64,000 nucleotides of DNA, from contig OZ361257.1 in assembly GCA_977018835.1 (NCBI GenBank), positions 3,224,001 through 3,288,000 of the forward strand, given 5' to 3'. The translations under genes and the position numbers were made by a program. Source of the stretch: Minutocellus sp. GHC0000111. Its lineage: Eukaryota. The notes under the pieces are model-generated. The model saw only the letters and a program-made list of their open reading frames with translations, searched no databases and was not told the DNA's origin. Below are positions 1 through 11,113 of this stretch, piece by piece (the first letter of the stretch is position 1; each line of letters starts with the position of its first letter).

Positions 1-1
1 C

Positions 2-884
2 AAGACGCTCGGGGTCGTCGGCTACGGAGACATCGGAAGAGCAACTGCAAAACTTGCCAATGCTTATGGGATGCGAGTGATCGCTCTTCGCCGTCATCCT
101 GAGATTTCCGCCAACGATCCTCTTTGCGATAAAGTTTTGGGGACTGGTAAAGCAGCACTAAATGAACTCATGGCCGAGAGCGATTATGTGGTTTGCTCTG
201 CTCCATCCACAGTATCAACGCGTGGCATGGTAAATGAAGATGCGTTTGCTGCAGCAAAGGAGGGAATGGTGTTTATCAATTTGGGAAGAGGACCCGTCGT
301 TGATGAGAAAGCCATGATAAATGCGCTCAAATCTGGCCAGTTGAAGGGAGCTGCCCTCGATGTCTTCGCTGAGGAACCTCTCCCAAAAGGCCACGATCTC
401 TGGGGCTTGGACAATGTTCTAATCAGCCCTCATAATATGGATCAGGTATGTGTGCATTTGAACGCAATATATGTATGTATGTATGTATCGCTGGGATTTG
501 ACCGTTGGGATTCGTTCCAACGATCACCTAACTCGCCTACTAATGACATTCTTTGCTGATTTGTAGTATGTATGTATATGTAGGTATTTATGATCTAAAA
601 AATCTGTGTGCCTGCGCTACGTACTATGAAAAGATTCCTAATTCTCATTTCCCTCTGTTTTCATCATTTGAAAAATTTCATTCGATCGATGTAAAAACGT
701 GACTGTGTGTTGTTGACTGCATCTGCATCTGTTCCTCTTTCCACGGCTCTTCCAAATTTGTGTGCACCTGTAGACGGAAACTTTTATGCACGAAGCAACA
801 TCATTCTTCCTGATGGAGAACCTTCCCCGATTCATTTGTGGAGAAGAATTGCTCAATCGAGTGGATGTGACGGCTGGCTATTAG
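2..884 (+). CDS. D-isomer 2-hydroxyacid dehydrogenase, 3' part (exons <2-445, 774-884)
   Basis: KTLGVVGYGDIG Rossmann motif, FINLGRGPVVDE, GAALDVFAEEPL and LISPH(N). A GT-AG intron 446-773 restores the C-terminus ...NRVDVTAGY*. The gene starts upstream of the window. Confidence 0.9.
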
Positions 885-1392
885 TTAGGATGGATTGCTG
901 GATGGAAGATTTCTTTTTTGAACACCGTCGAGATCTCTAGATCTATTGTACTTTGAATGTTTAATTGAAATACTGGTACTGAAAAAGTCAACATTGTACC
1001 GGCAGTCTACACAGGCCTACAGCCCGTTCTCATCCACAAGCACAATGCAACACACAAAAGGATCGAAGCCGAGCTTATGGTCGTCAATAATTGAGGGTCT
1101 GAATTTTAAGCACGTATGCTTACTGTATATACACATGTACGTAAAATCTACATAAAACAAATCAGCAAAGAATGCCGCGCGCGGCCGCGCCGCTTTTTTA
1201 CATATGCATGGCCATTGACGTGGCAGATGCCAGACATTACAGACAGCTCGGAAAAGAGACGGAATCCCAGCACTAAGGCACCTTAGGAGCTCTCCCAAGA
1301 GTACATGTAGAGGAAGGCATGCGGAAACTGATAGCTAATTAAACATCCATTCCAGTCAACATTTCATGGCCGGCTATGGTTCTTCCCAGACT

Positions 1393-1439
1393 ATATATAT
1401 ATAATATATATAGCAAAAGATGGAATGCAAAAGAGAAAA

Positions 1440-1469
<30 letters not shown>
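1393..1469. repeat. (TA)n microsatellites
   Basis: Two TA runs at about 1393-1411 and 1442-1469. Confidence 0.9.
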
Positions 1470-1473
<4 letters not shown>

Positions 1474-1929
1474 GCGCACATGTATCCGGTGGTTTGACTT
1501 CGGGGCTGCTGCTGCGCAGCACATGACATTGCCAGAACTTTTGGTCTCGACATGCTTATTGCTTAGCGGGACGACACCCACCACCACCATGCTTACCGGT
1601 ACATGCTTAGGAGAAGGCAAAATCTGAAGTCCGCCCGCCTAAGCACCACATTGGATGTGCTCATAGGTATCAGAGTGTTATCTACAATGTAGCTATGTGG
1701 GCCCGGGTGCCCTCTGAAAAAATCGTCCACCGGTTGGCGAAAAGACGGGCGCCAAGGGCGTGTTTAGCAACCAAGTTCATGATGGGAAAAAGTAGTTTCA
1801 AACACATACGGTTTGAATACGCTGTATGTAAGCCCTTATTTTTTTCGCTTCTTTGTTTTTTTAGAACACAAATTGACTGGCTCGCTCTCTTTTTGTATGT
1901 GTTTCTTTATGATGTCATAGTCTGATACA

Positions 1930-2560
1930 GTTTATATCTGATGTTGTTGATCTGTCAACGAATTTTGATGAAGAAGAAGACCACTAGAAGACACAGGCGC
2001 CGACCACGTCAAAAAGAACAGGGACGCCGTCGGCAAGCAACCTTCAGAGCACATGTAGACAATGCAGGAGGTAGGAAAAGAGACCAAATCGAAAAGGACA
2101 GCAACTGCAATGCCAACAACACCTAGAAAACAACAGACCCGCATTCACACTCGCAATCTGCTGCTGAGAACCGCTGCGAGGTGGTGACTAGCTACGTCAC
2201 CGTGCCTCCTGCTGCATGTGCCAAAGAGTGGGCAAAAACCACACAATTAATTTTGTTGGAAGATCAACGAAATTGGACAAAGCAAGTGGCATGCACAAAC
2301 CAACACTAGCACGAAGTGCTGAGCTTAGGAACACCCAAAAAACCACACACCCCACCACGACCAACCACACAAAACCACGCAACACCGAAAGCCTGTGTGT
2401 CGATCAATCTGCCCACCAGCATGCAGGGCACCCGGGCCATCTGGAGTGCAGCTGACCCACCCCTCTGCCACAAGCTAAATGCGTGGGCCAAACACATCTT
2501 CCTTCCCTCGCATGGAACTGACAGCAGCACAGAGCGCCCCCCCCCCAACAACAACGAAAA
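1930..2560. mobile_element. Degenerate repeat or transposon remnant, CA/TG-rich, with a Helitron-like hairpin+CTAG end on the minus strand
   Basis: TpA-poor and CA-rich. CTAGCACGAAGTGC (2306-2319) is the reverse complement of GCACTTCGTGCTAG, found twice at 48816-48864. Confidence 0.35.
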
Positions 2561-3288
2561 ACCGCCCCCTGCCCGTCCGTCGTCGGCCAGATGGGAACCC
2601 CCCCCCCCTTCGCCGCCATTTAGGCTCCGTGTCGATTCGATCGACTGAATGAGCGGAGAAGCTCTTGTAGGCCTACTAGCTAGCTAGGCCTACGTAGTAG
2701 CACTAGCAGCACCGGTCAGCAGATGTGTGAAGTCATCACACAGATGATTGACAGGCAGGCTCCAGCATAATATCGGGGGGATTCGCCGGGGAGGACAATT
2801 CCCCTCCTTTTTCATCCTGTCAGACAGGCAGAATGACTGTTCGGACAAAAATATGACGCGTTGGCTGGCGCCTTGGTATGTAGGCTAGGCCTAGGCCTAT
2901 GTGCGCGAAGCATGCGTTGGGCTGCTGCCGCCCACTGCTTACGCGGCACTGACGAGTCACTTGGCCACTTGGAGTGCATCCCAACGCTCCGAGATTTACT
3001 TGCAAAACGCTTGCAATATTGCATTTTGTCTCATTCAAGGAATTGATTGATCTTGCCTGTCAATTGCGCGGAGCAGTGGAAACGAATTGAATTGAGGCTG
3101 CATGTGCTCAGTAATTTTTGGGGAGCAGCAATAGTAGAGACATCGGACATCGGCATACTCACAACAGCAGCAGCAGCAGCAACCCGGTTCAGGTCTTTTT
3201 GCTTCTGACTTGCGCAAATATCAAGGTGATTCTTGTGCGGGTCCCGCTCATTCTATATTACCTGAAAGCACCGACGTGGAAAGCAACA

Positions 3289-4296
3289 ATGGCACCAGCA
3301 TTTGTAATCCACAACGAGGATAGATCACAAATCCATTCTTCGGCACAAGGTTCCGACCCTCGCGGCGATCAAGCTCTTCCTCTATTCGCGCCTTCTCCTC
3401 CAGCAACACTGGTGCCTATGCGCTCAACCGAAAGCAAGATTCGTCTTGAGAGGGGTGACTATCTCAATAAGAAGCGCTCTATCGACTTCATCACCTACCG
3501 AGAGGGATGTCCTATCGACAAACATTCCAAGGCAACCGTCCGAGACGAGGATCCCACCGCAGAAATAAGCGGTATTGAAGCATCGAGAGATGACTGCAGC
3601 AATAGCGATATTGGAGATGCCCAGCAGAAAGACGGCACGCTTTCCAAGTCAACCGCCGACGACGAAGAAATTTACCCTCTCTACGTAATTCAAAAGACCG
3701 GCACAAAGAACAATCATAACCAGTCCACCCGAGTTTCCAAGGCATATAGCTTTGAGGAATACTGGAAGATATTTGACTCCGTCGTCGAGGGATGTCGGTG
3801 CATTAGCATCGCGGGGTGTGCCGCTGGCGGTGTCAATACTCCCGACACAAGTTTTGGCAACTCCATCGATGAGGCAGACGGGTCGTCCTTGATTGCCAAC
3901 CAGGGACCTGCACGCCTTGTTCACACTCCAGTAGGCGATGGTAACAACAACTGTTACTACGGCCAAGTCACCCCCCAAAATCACAGGCATGCAACCAGTG
4001 GCGATCTACAGTCAAATCATCCATCGCCAACTAGCTCTACTGCCAATGTTGTGCCGTCTGTTGCTAGTACAAGTAGCTCTTCCACATCTCCTGCGACATT
4101 CCTGTCCAAGGGTGGCACGACCTACACTGCGTCATCTCAATCCAGTGGGTCAACTCACCAACAGCCGCCATCGTTGCGCGTTCTACGCGATTTGGAACGC
4201 GAACTGAGCGATGACGATGATTTTCGACCAGCCCATCGGACTAGCGCCTGTTTTGTTCTGCATGAGAAAGACAAGGTGAACGATATATTCAGGTGA
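3289..4296 (+). CDS. Hypothetical Ser-rich protein
   Basis: Long ORF; first ATG at 3289 (MAPAFVIHNED); no recognised domain. Confidence 0.6.
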   Translation: MAPAFVIHNEDRSQIHSSAQGSDPRGDQALPLFAPSPPATLVPMRSTESKIRLERGDYLNKKRSIDFITYREGCPIDKHSKATVRDEDPTAEISGIEASRDDCSNSDIGDAQQKDGTLSKSTADDEEIYPLYVIQKTGTKNNHNQSTRVSKAYSFEEYWKIFDSVVEGCRCISIAGCAAGGVNTPDTSFGNSIDEADGSSLIANQGPARLVHTPVGDGNNNCYYGQVTPQNHRHATSGDLQSNHPSPTSSTANVVPSVASTSSSSTSPATFLSKGGTTYTASSQSSGSTHQQPPSLRVLRDLERELSDDDDFRPAHRTSACFVLHEKDKVNDIFR

Positions 4297-4846
4297 TGCC
4301 TCTTTGCCCGCGTATGCATCTTAGGGAACCACCAATCAAGCTAAAAAGGGCGATGATCGTTTGGACGCTACTGCAATGGTGATGAAGTGGTTTGGGAGAG
4401 GAAGAGAGAGAGAGAGAGCCGAGAGTCAGGCAGATTGGAACTTTCTCATGCTGCTGCCGATCGAGATCTAGCTCAGCTAGACCAGATGTTAGATCTACCT
4501 GTAAATGCATCGATTGGGATTACATGTACCAGTAACTGATAACATGACTGCTATTAAATCTATGCACATTCAGAGTTTGCTGTGAACTTTGAATGTTGTA
4601 GTGAAAGTGATGCCATGCCATGGCATCGTAGGAGAATACCTTTTTCTGATGATGTAGGATTCCTACTGACCAACGCGACGACGGCATCGGACAGCAAGCC
4701 CAACAAATACCAGTAACAGCCTGAGTAGATCCCCATGTGTGTACTGTTCTCGGCCACTTTTGATCTTATGAACAGGCCTTGTTTGGCATTGGCAATTCAT
4801 TTATTTAAGCTCTCATCTTTTCTTCAGCCAGGACTGTCTTCTAGAT

Positions 4847-6139
4847 CTAAGACGCCTCCTCCTTGCACGCGTTCTCATTTTTGTCGTTGATCTCGGCGTC
4901 AATGTACTCTAGCCAGTCATCAGAGAGGAGAGCCCCCTCATCACCTGCGACTTCATCTCCTTCTTTGCTGTTGTTGCTGCCTGCGGTTGGAAAAAGTCCT
5001 TGCATTTCTTCGAGACCACCCAGCTCGTCGTCGTAATGCTTTTCATATTCATTCAACGAATGATGCTCCCCGGAAATGTGAAATGCCGGCATGCCGTCGT
5101 CATTAATACTGGTGGCCTGACTTGCAGCACCGACTGTTGACCTTGGACGGTATTGGGACACCATCGATTCCTCCATTTCTCCCCTCGAATCATTTCCCAT
5201 CAGCGAGTACGATGGCATGTTATCCACCGGATCCCCGGCCTTGTAGACATTCATTTGTCCATTCATCTGACGTCGGGGTGGGAATTCCCTGCCTGCCCTC
5301 CTTGCTGCGTCCGCGTACCGAGACGGATTCAGGTCGATCCCTCTTGATGATTCTTTGGCGGTGGATCCTTGGACATTTTCATCATGGGCGAGCACCTTCT
5401 TTCCTTGTCCCTCGTCGTTTTCGTTTTCGTCGTTGTCGTCATTTTCATCCTCATTTCGACGACGATCGCCAACATAATCTTGCGGAGGCACCGATGATGG
5501 TCGCGGCTTGGGCATGTATCCCTTGATACAGGCCACAAAAGCTTCTTCGACCAAATCGTAACAACCGTTGCTGCCCCTTCCCAGACCATTGGCAGACAAG
5601 ACTGCTCGGCGGAAGCTTGGACTTGATCGAATGCTGCTGAATTCCGTCGTGTTGTAGATTTGTTGGAACGGCCTGTCCTTTAAATAGGTTGTGATGCGAG
5701 ACGAAAGATGATGGAGTGTCGGGCAGCGACATTCGGTGAGGATGGGCCGGCCTCTTGTGGTACTGGTACATGTAGAGGTGCCAGACCTTTGCGTCAGCTG
5801 TGGAACGAGGCCACCATCCTCCTTGCTACTGGTGGAAGCCGAGAGAACTGACTTTGCATGGTAAGTTACATCCACAATGCGATCAGTTGTTTCGTCGACG
5901 ACGGTCTCATATCGAATGACGCAGCCACAGTTGGGTGAGCATTGTTGCCCCCACGACTTTTGCAGGCGTTGTGGTTGCTGGGCGGCAGCACTCGTTCTCG
6001 TGGCATTAGCACTATTGGCAGATGTGCTGCTACATGTTCCGCCGACCTTGTTGCTGTTGGTAGCTGCCGCCACTGCCGAGGAGGCACCGCGAGGCCTCGC
6101 CGATGCCGCCACAGACGCTGCGTTGAGAAGGAATCTCAT
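4847..6139 (-). CDS. Hypothetical protein with Cys motifs (CSPNCGC...CRC...CYDLVEEA) and a possible mitochondrial presequence
   Basis: ORF of about 430 aa from ATG 6139; Arg/Ala/Ser-rich N-terminus. Confidence 0.7.
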   Translation of the reverse strand: MRFLLNAASVAASARPRGASSAVAAATNSNKVGGTCSSTSANSANATRTSAAAQQPQRLQKSWGQQCSPNCGCVIRYETVVDETTDRIVDVTYHAKSVLSASTSSKEDGGLVPQLTQRSGTSTCTSTTRGRPILTECRCPTLHHLSSRITTYLKDRPFQQIYNTTEFSSIRSSPSFRRAVLSANGLGRGSNGCYDLVEEAFVACIKGYMPKPRPSSVPPQDYVGDRRRNEDENDDNDENENDEGQGKKVLAHDENVQGSTAKESSRGIDLNPSRYADAARRAGREFPPRRQMNGQMNVYKAGDPVDNMPSYSLMGNDSRGEMEESMVSQYRPRSTVGAASQATSINDDGMPAFHISGEHHSLNEYEKHYDDELGGLEEMQGLFPTAGSNNSKEGDEVAGDEGALLSDDWLEYIDAEINDKNENACKEEAS

Positions 6140-6427
6140 GTGAGGGCGAGTACGCTGGGCTGGCTCTGGTCTCAAGTCTACTTGTACTTTGTACTCTAAT
6201 ACTGAGAATGTTTTTTTCGAAGCGAGAATGATGATGATGAAGACGTGGCCGCCAAGTCAGAGGCGTCGTTGTCGTTGTCGTTGTCGACACCTTCAGTATC
6301 GTGTCATTGGTAAATACGATAACTAACTACATGTACGAACTCGTACTACGTACGTAAACTACTGATGAATGAACCGATGCGATGCCGATTGATTCATTCG
6401 ATTCATTCGATCGTCATTATTTTTCTC

Positions 6428-7697
6428 ATGATGAGGTCGATCCTGCTCCTTGTAGCGGCGGCGGCGGCGGTTGGACCCAGCGACCGCCTTTGTTTCCCCC
6501 ACAGTAGACGGCACATTATGCGCCCGCCACCGACGACAACGTGCGGACATTTCGTCGGCGGCGGCAGCTGACTCAGCAGCAACAGCGGCGGCAACGCCAG
6601 CCGAGCAAACGGCCGCGTCAGTGGCCAGACTGAAGAAGGTCCTCGAGCGGGAGTACATATCGTTCTTTGATCCCATGGAGGATTCGTGGTACTCTCCGTC
6701 CGTTAGCTTTGTCGATCCGATGACGGAATTGTCGGGCGTCGACCAATATCGCGCCAACGTGGACATGCTGGCTGGACGAACATTGATGGGCAAGATCCTC
6801 TTCGAGGATGCCGGCATCAATCTGCACTCCGTCACGGGCGGAGAGGTGTCCCAAAACGCTCGGGGAGAGGTGGAAATTGCCGACATCACCACCCGATGGA
6901 CCCTCAAGGTGACGGCGTCGGTACTGCCATGGAAGCCGACCGCACGCTTCACCGGCATCAGCGTCTACAAGGTCGTGCCCGATGCCACTGCAAGCACGGG
7001 CGTACAGATTGTCGGTCAGACTGACTACTGGGACTCGGTCAATCTCCGGCCCAATTCCGACGGACAATATCAGCGTGTGGAGAAGTCTCTGGCCATTCAG
7101 GATTTTCTCGATCAGCTCAAACCCGGTGGTCCCAAGGCACAAGCGGCGGCACCGGAGCTCCCGTACGAACTGCTGCGCCGAGGCGACGGATATGAGGTGC
7201 GCCGGTATCCACCCTACGTGGGGGTGCGATTGCCGTACAAGCGACGGGATGAGGGATTCGGATCTCTGGGTGCGTTTACACGGGGAATGAATCCGCTCGG
7301 CCCTGCCATTATGGAGGTAGAGAACAGCGACGTGAGCGACAAGTACATGATGTGGCCTTTGTCTTATGCCATGCCCGGCGAAGACGATGCAGTGGCGCCG
7401 CAGGATGCCACCGACAAGGCCGGGGATGGACAATGGAGGACGATGAAGATCGTCCCGGTACCAGGGCCCGCCGTCGTGGCCGTTCGGCCGTTCACCGATG
7501 CGAGCATGGAACCCGTGGTTCGAAAGGCCGATCGGGAGCTGCGCGGTCTTCTGAAGAGGGATGGCCTCCTTCCCAGGGCGGGAAGCGAGGACATGGTCCG
7601 TTTCGCTCAGTACGATGCCATCTTCAGCATGGGCCAAAGACGAGGCGAGGTTTGGATTGAGCTGGAAAAAGGCAGCGAGGGTGGACATCCGTGGTGA
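6428..7697 (+). CDS. Plastid-targeted SOUL heme-binding protein with an N-terminal DUF2358/SnoaL-like domain; frameshift at 6470
   Basis: Y-S-P-S-V-S-F-V-D-P...G-V-D-Q-Y and TDYWDS motifs; YELLRRGDGYEVRRYP and RRGEVWIEL SOUL motifs. The signal peptide MMRSILLLVAAAAA (ATG 6428) is out of frame with LDPATAF. Confidence 0.8.
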
Positions 7698-7878
7698 TTG
7701 ATGATGAACATGAGGTTGCAGATGTATTAAAAATGATCTAGACTAGATCTTCTAGAGAACTACCTAGGTACATTGTTAAGAGTTAGTTGTGATCCAGCTG
7801 GAATTTGATCTCTAGATCTACATGTAGATCTAGTCTAGAGTAACTGTCTAATTAAGAAATTGAAAATAGGAAATGCTA

Positions 7879-8668
7879 GAGTAAATGTCTAATTAAGAAA
7901 TTGAAAATAGAAAATGCTACAAGCACACGAGCATTCGTCGAATCGTCGCAAATGGCACGGTTTTGGATAGCTCTTGATGAGTAGATCAACAGAAAATTTT
8001 GAACTGAGGAAAAATTCCACTGCGTCAATGAGTTTTGCAGTGCTTCGATTTTTCGGCATCGCCGGACGATTTCTAAAACTGCCCAATTAAGAAATACTAA
8101 CTTCACCGTGTAAAAGCATTGCTAGTAGAAGCTAGTAGGTATGCTGAACTTACAAAGACGCACATCATCGGGGCTATGTCCCGATCTCCCAGCCGCTTAA
8201 CTTGTTCGTCCTCATTTTTAAAGGAGCAAATTTTTGGGAGATCAGGATTTTTATCAGGATTTTTTTTTTGGGAGATCAGGACAGACCAGCTGAGAGAGAT
8301 CAGGACAGAATCAGCTTGAGAGATCAGGAAAGACCAGCTGAGAGAGATCAGGACAGAACAGCTGAAAGCAATCAATCACAACAGACCGGTCCACCCTCCC
8401 TAGATCTGCGCCTCCTCTTCCCCCTTGCAAAAAAAAACAAAACCCGCCCCGATGCTGTTCTCGTCTTGTAACTTTCCCCCCAGTCCTCAGATTTCCAAAA
8501 CCTCACCGGATTTGAGCTCCTCTCGACGAGCTGAATCCAGCGAGCTGTCAAACGCTCCCCAGAAAAATATTTCGATAACTGCACTTTTTTACTAGTAGAA
8601 GCATGGGAGGGAGGGCTCTGGACACCCCATTTCTTAATCGTGCCCATTTCTTAACATGGCATTTACTC
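7879..8668. mobile_element. MITE family A, inner copy inserted at a TA about 40 bp inside the outer copy
   Basis: TA|GAGTAAATGTCTAATTAAGAAAT ... ATTTCTTAACATGGCATTTACTC|TA; body aligns with 8671-9048 and 9323-9395. Confidence 0.85.
8166..8454. mobile_element. Insert B with a 9-bp TIR and internal GAGATCAGGACAGA repeats
   Basis: CATCGGGGC (8166) ... GCCCCGATG (8446-8454); absent from the outer copy; no clean TSD. Confidence 0.6.
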
Positions 8669-9061
8669 TACAACTACACGAGCATTCGTCGAATCGTCTC
8701 AAATGGCACGGTTTTGGACAGCTCTTGATGAGCAGATCAACAAGAGAAAATTTTGAACTGCGGAAAAATTCGATGTTGTCAACGAGTTTTGTGGTGCTTG
8801 CTCGTTTTTTCGGCATCGCCGGACGATTTCTAAATCTGCCCAATTAAGAAACACTGTCTTCACCGTGTAAAAGCATTGCTAGTAGAAGCTAGCAGGCATG
8901 CTGAACTTACAAAAACGCACATAACTTTTTCCCCAGTCCTCAGATTTCCAAAACCTCACCGGATTTGAGCTCCTCTCGACGAGCTGAATCCAGCGAGCTG
9001 TCAAACGCCAACCAGAAAAACATTTCGATAAATGCACTTTTTTACTAGAGTAGCAGATCTA

Positions 9062-9322
9062 GGAGTGAGTTTGGTTAAAATCGGAGATTTTCAAGCCATT
9101 TCTGCTACTTACGGAGATCCATTTCCTGGCTGAACGGTCAAAAATAAGTGGGGCCACGCTAGTTTCTATGTGTCAATCGGTCCATAAACCGGCTTAGAGA
9201 GTTGCTCTGGCCCCAAAAAATTTTGACGGTTCGGTCAGCATTTGGGTTCAAATGTGACTGATTCGACTGAAATTTCGAGCAAAAACTTCAAAATTCCTCC
9301 GATTTTTATCCGAACGCACTCC
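9062..9322. mobile_element. MITE C (TA TSD, about 26-bp imperfect TIR)
   Basis: TA|GGAGTGAGTTTGGTTAAAATCGGAG ... CTCCGATTTTTATCCGAACGCACTCC|TA; absent from the inner copy. Confidence 0.8.
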
Positions 9323-9590
9323 TAGAAGCATGGGAGAGAGGGCTCTGGATGCCCCATTTCTTAATCATGCCCATTTCTTAATGTGACACTTGCTCTAGTC
9401 AGTCGTCCGTTCGCGAGACAATTTGAAGTGAGAGAGACTTTGTCTTCTTCAGCTGCAAGTGTGGCATGGTCGAACTGTCCATGCAATGTGCAACATTTTT
9501 CAGGCATCTTCGTCGCATCAAGAGGGGGACAAAGCATGTCGTCGAAGAAGTCAGTCAGGTTGAGAGCAGCAAGCAGAACTGACTTACTTG

Positions 9591-9820
9591 CAGTCCGTCC
9601 CCCCGAAAACAAGCAGCAGCAAGCACACATCCATCCATTCTCTCTCTGGAGCTGAGGTCTGAACATGCTTATTTTGGAACACATGTAAGGCATTTTAACA
9701 CAAATGAGACACTAATTGCTTCTTAGAGGGTTAGGGTTAGTGTTAGGGAATAAGCAATGGGCCCAAAATCTGAGGTCTCAAACAAGCATGTTGAACATGC
9801 TTATTTTCGGGGACGGACTG
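9591..9820. mobile_element. MITE D with CAGT termini (Tc1/mariner-like)
   Basis: CAGTCCGTCCCCCCGAAAACAAGCA ... TGCTTATTTTCGGGGACGGACTG; flanked by TG on both sides; contains GGGTTAGGGTTAG. Confidence 0.75.
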
Positions 9821-10312
9821 TGCTCGACTTGCTGATGGATTCACGCCTCGAATTCTATCAGAGTCACTAAAAATGGTTGCATTCACTATTAGTAAGAAAT
9901 TTCTCACACAAAAAAAGAATGACGCATGAACTTACGTCTCCAGAAAACAGAGAAAGCAGGCTTTTTTCGAAAAAGTTAACATGAAAATGTACTCAACTTG
10001 ATTTCTATGACGCAATTTGTTATTTGGGACATGGTGACAAAAATGCGGCACATCGGGCTACGTCACTGTCTTTTCAGATCAGGGCCTCGCGCGCGGATAG
10101 TTCTGTTCACACATCATTGACGCACGAGAGATGCCCGTCTCTCTCATCGGTCGCACACGCACAAACTTGCCCATCCCATCCCACACAGCAACATCCTTGA
10201 TATAACACATACCGACAGAGATAGGAAACCAAAACATGACAGCATCATCATCATCGCTGCCCCGTAGGAGCATTCTGAAGAACTCCCCTGGCAGCCGCTC
10301 AGGTCGCCGGGC

Positions 10313-11113
10313 GTGAGCGCGGATGGCTCCGTCTCCGGCCCTTCTTCAGTGCCGGTTCCTTATCAATCTCCCTTTTCCTTGATCCATCAATTAAACAATT
10401 CGGCCTGCGCCTTGATCAATCAGCACCAGCATGATCGCCGCCATCAGCCGCCTACGCCTCGAGTCCCCTACGAGCCCTGCCAGTCGCCGTCGCCGTCGCC
10501 CCCTCCGCCGCCCATCGCGTCTGAGAGCTTCCGCTGCGCCCTCAAGGTCATCAAGGCCTGTCTCCAGGCCGGACCGGCCGGGATCTGGTCCAACCCCGCT
10601 GTCCACGAGGCATGCGGCGAGGCGTCAACACTTGCTTCCCGTGTCCGCCTTTCCCTCGACGACATGCAACGATGCGAAGGCAACGGCAGCAAGGCACCGG
10701 GCTGCGGCTACATGTACTCCTCCCCCAGCTCGATGCACGCGGCGAGGCCCACCAGCGCTACCGGCGACGACAAAAACTCCCCCCTCCCCATCGACCTCCT
10801 CGAGCTCAACTCGTACAGCCTCGAGCTCCACTCGGTCTACGTCCTGTACAACATGGCCCTCGCGGCCCGCCTCTCCCCCGCGACGCCCGACGCCATCTCC
10901 CTCCAGCTCTACGACTACGCCCTTCAATCCTCCCACGCCATTTCCGACCGTCATCGGAGACATCGTCTCCACCGCCTCATCCTGCTGGGCATGATCGACA
11001 TCTACAGCTCCATCGACGGATACCAGGACGACGTTGCCAACCTCCTCGATCGCCTTCTCATGGAGGAGATTCGCCACCTCGTCGACTGTCCGGCGGCCTC
11101 TGCTGCGGCATAG
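10313..11113 (+). CDS. Hypothetical helical (TPR-like) protein; start unresolved
   Basis: GC3-rich ORF with LNNxAxxLI and VLYNMALA motifs; the nearest upstream ATG (10236) is in another frame. Confidence 0.6.
   Translation: MSADGSVSGPSSVPVPYQSPFSLIHQLNNSACALINQHQHDRRHQPPTPRVPYEPCQSPSPSPPPPPIASESFRCALKVIKACLQAGPAGIWSNPAVHEACGEASTLASRVRLSLDDMQRCEGNGSKAPGCGYMYSSPSSMHAARPTSATGDDKNSPLPIDLLELNSYSLELHSVYVLYNMALAARLSPATPDAISLQLYDYALQSSHAISDRHRRHRLHRLILLGMIDIYSSIDGYQDDVANLLDRLLMEEIRHLVDCPAASAAA

Larger units (their letters stand above)
7838..9395. mobile_element. MITE family A, outer copy (TA TSD, about 23-bp imperfect TIR), hosting nested inserts
   Basis: TA|GAGTAACTGTCTAATTAAGAAAT ... ATTTCTTAATGTGACACTTGCTC|TA; body resumes at 8671 after the inner copy. 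Confidence 0.8.

Noticed and set aside
8270..8365. GAGATCAGGACAGA repeats with about 22-bp period resembling a CRISPR array
   Set aside because: No unique spacers, no cas genes and a eukaryotic context; these are internal repeats of insert B.
9728..9740. TTAGGG-like repeats (also at 17372 and 54426)
   Set aside because: Only about two units each; too short for a telomere or healing site.
10236..10316. Possible further frameshift at the start of the 10313 ORF (similarly upstream of 31991)
   Set aside because: No conserved motif shows which N-terminus is real, so it was not counted as a lesion.
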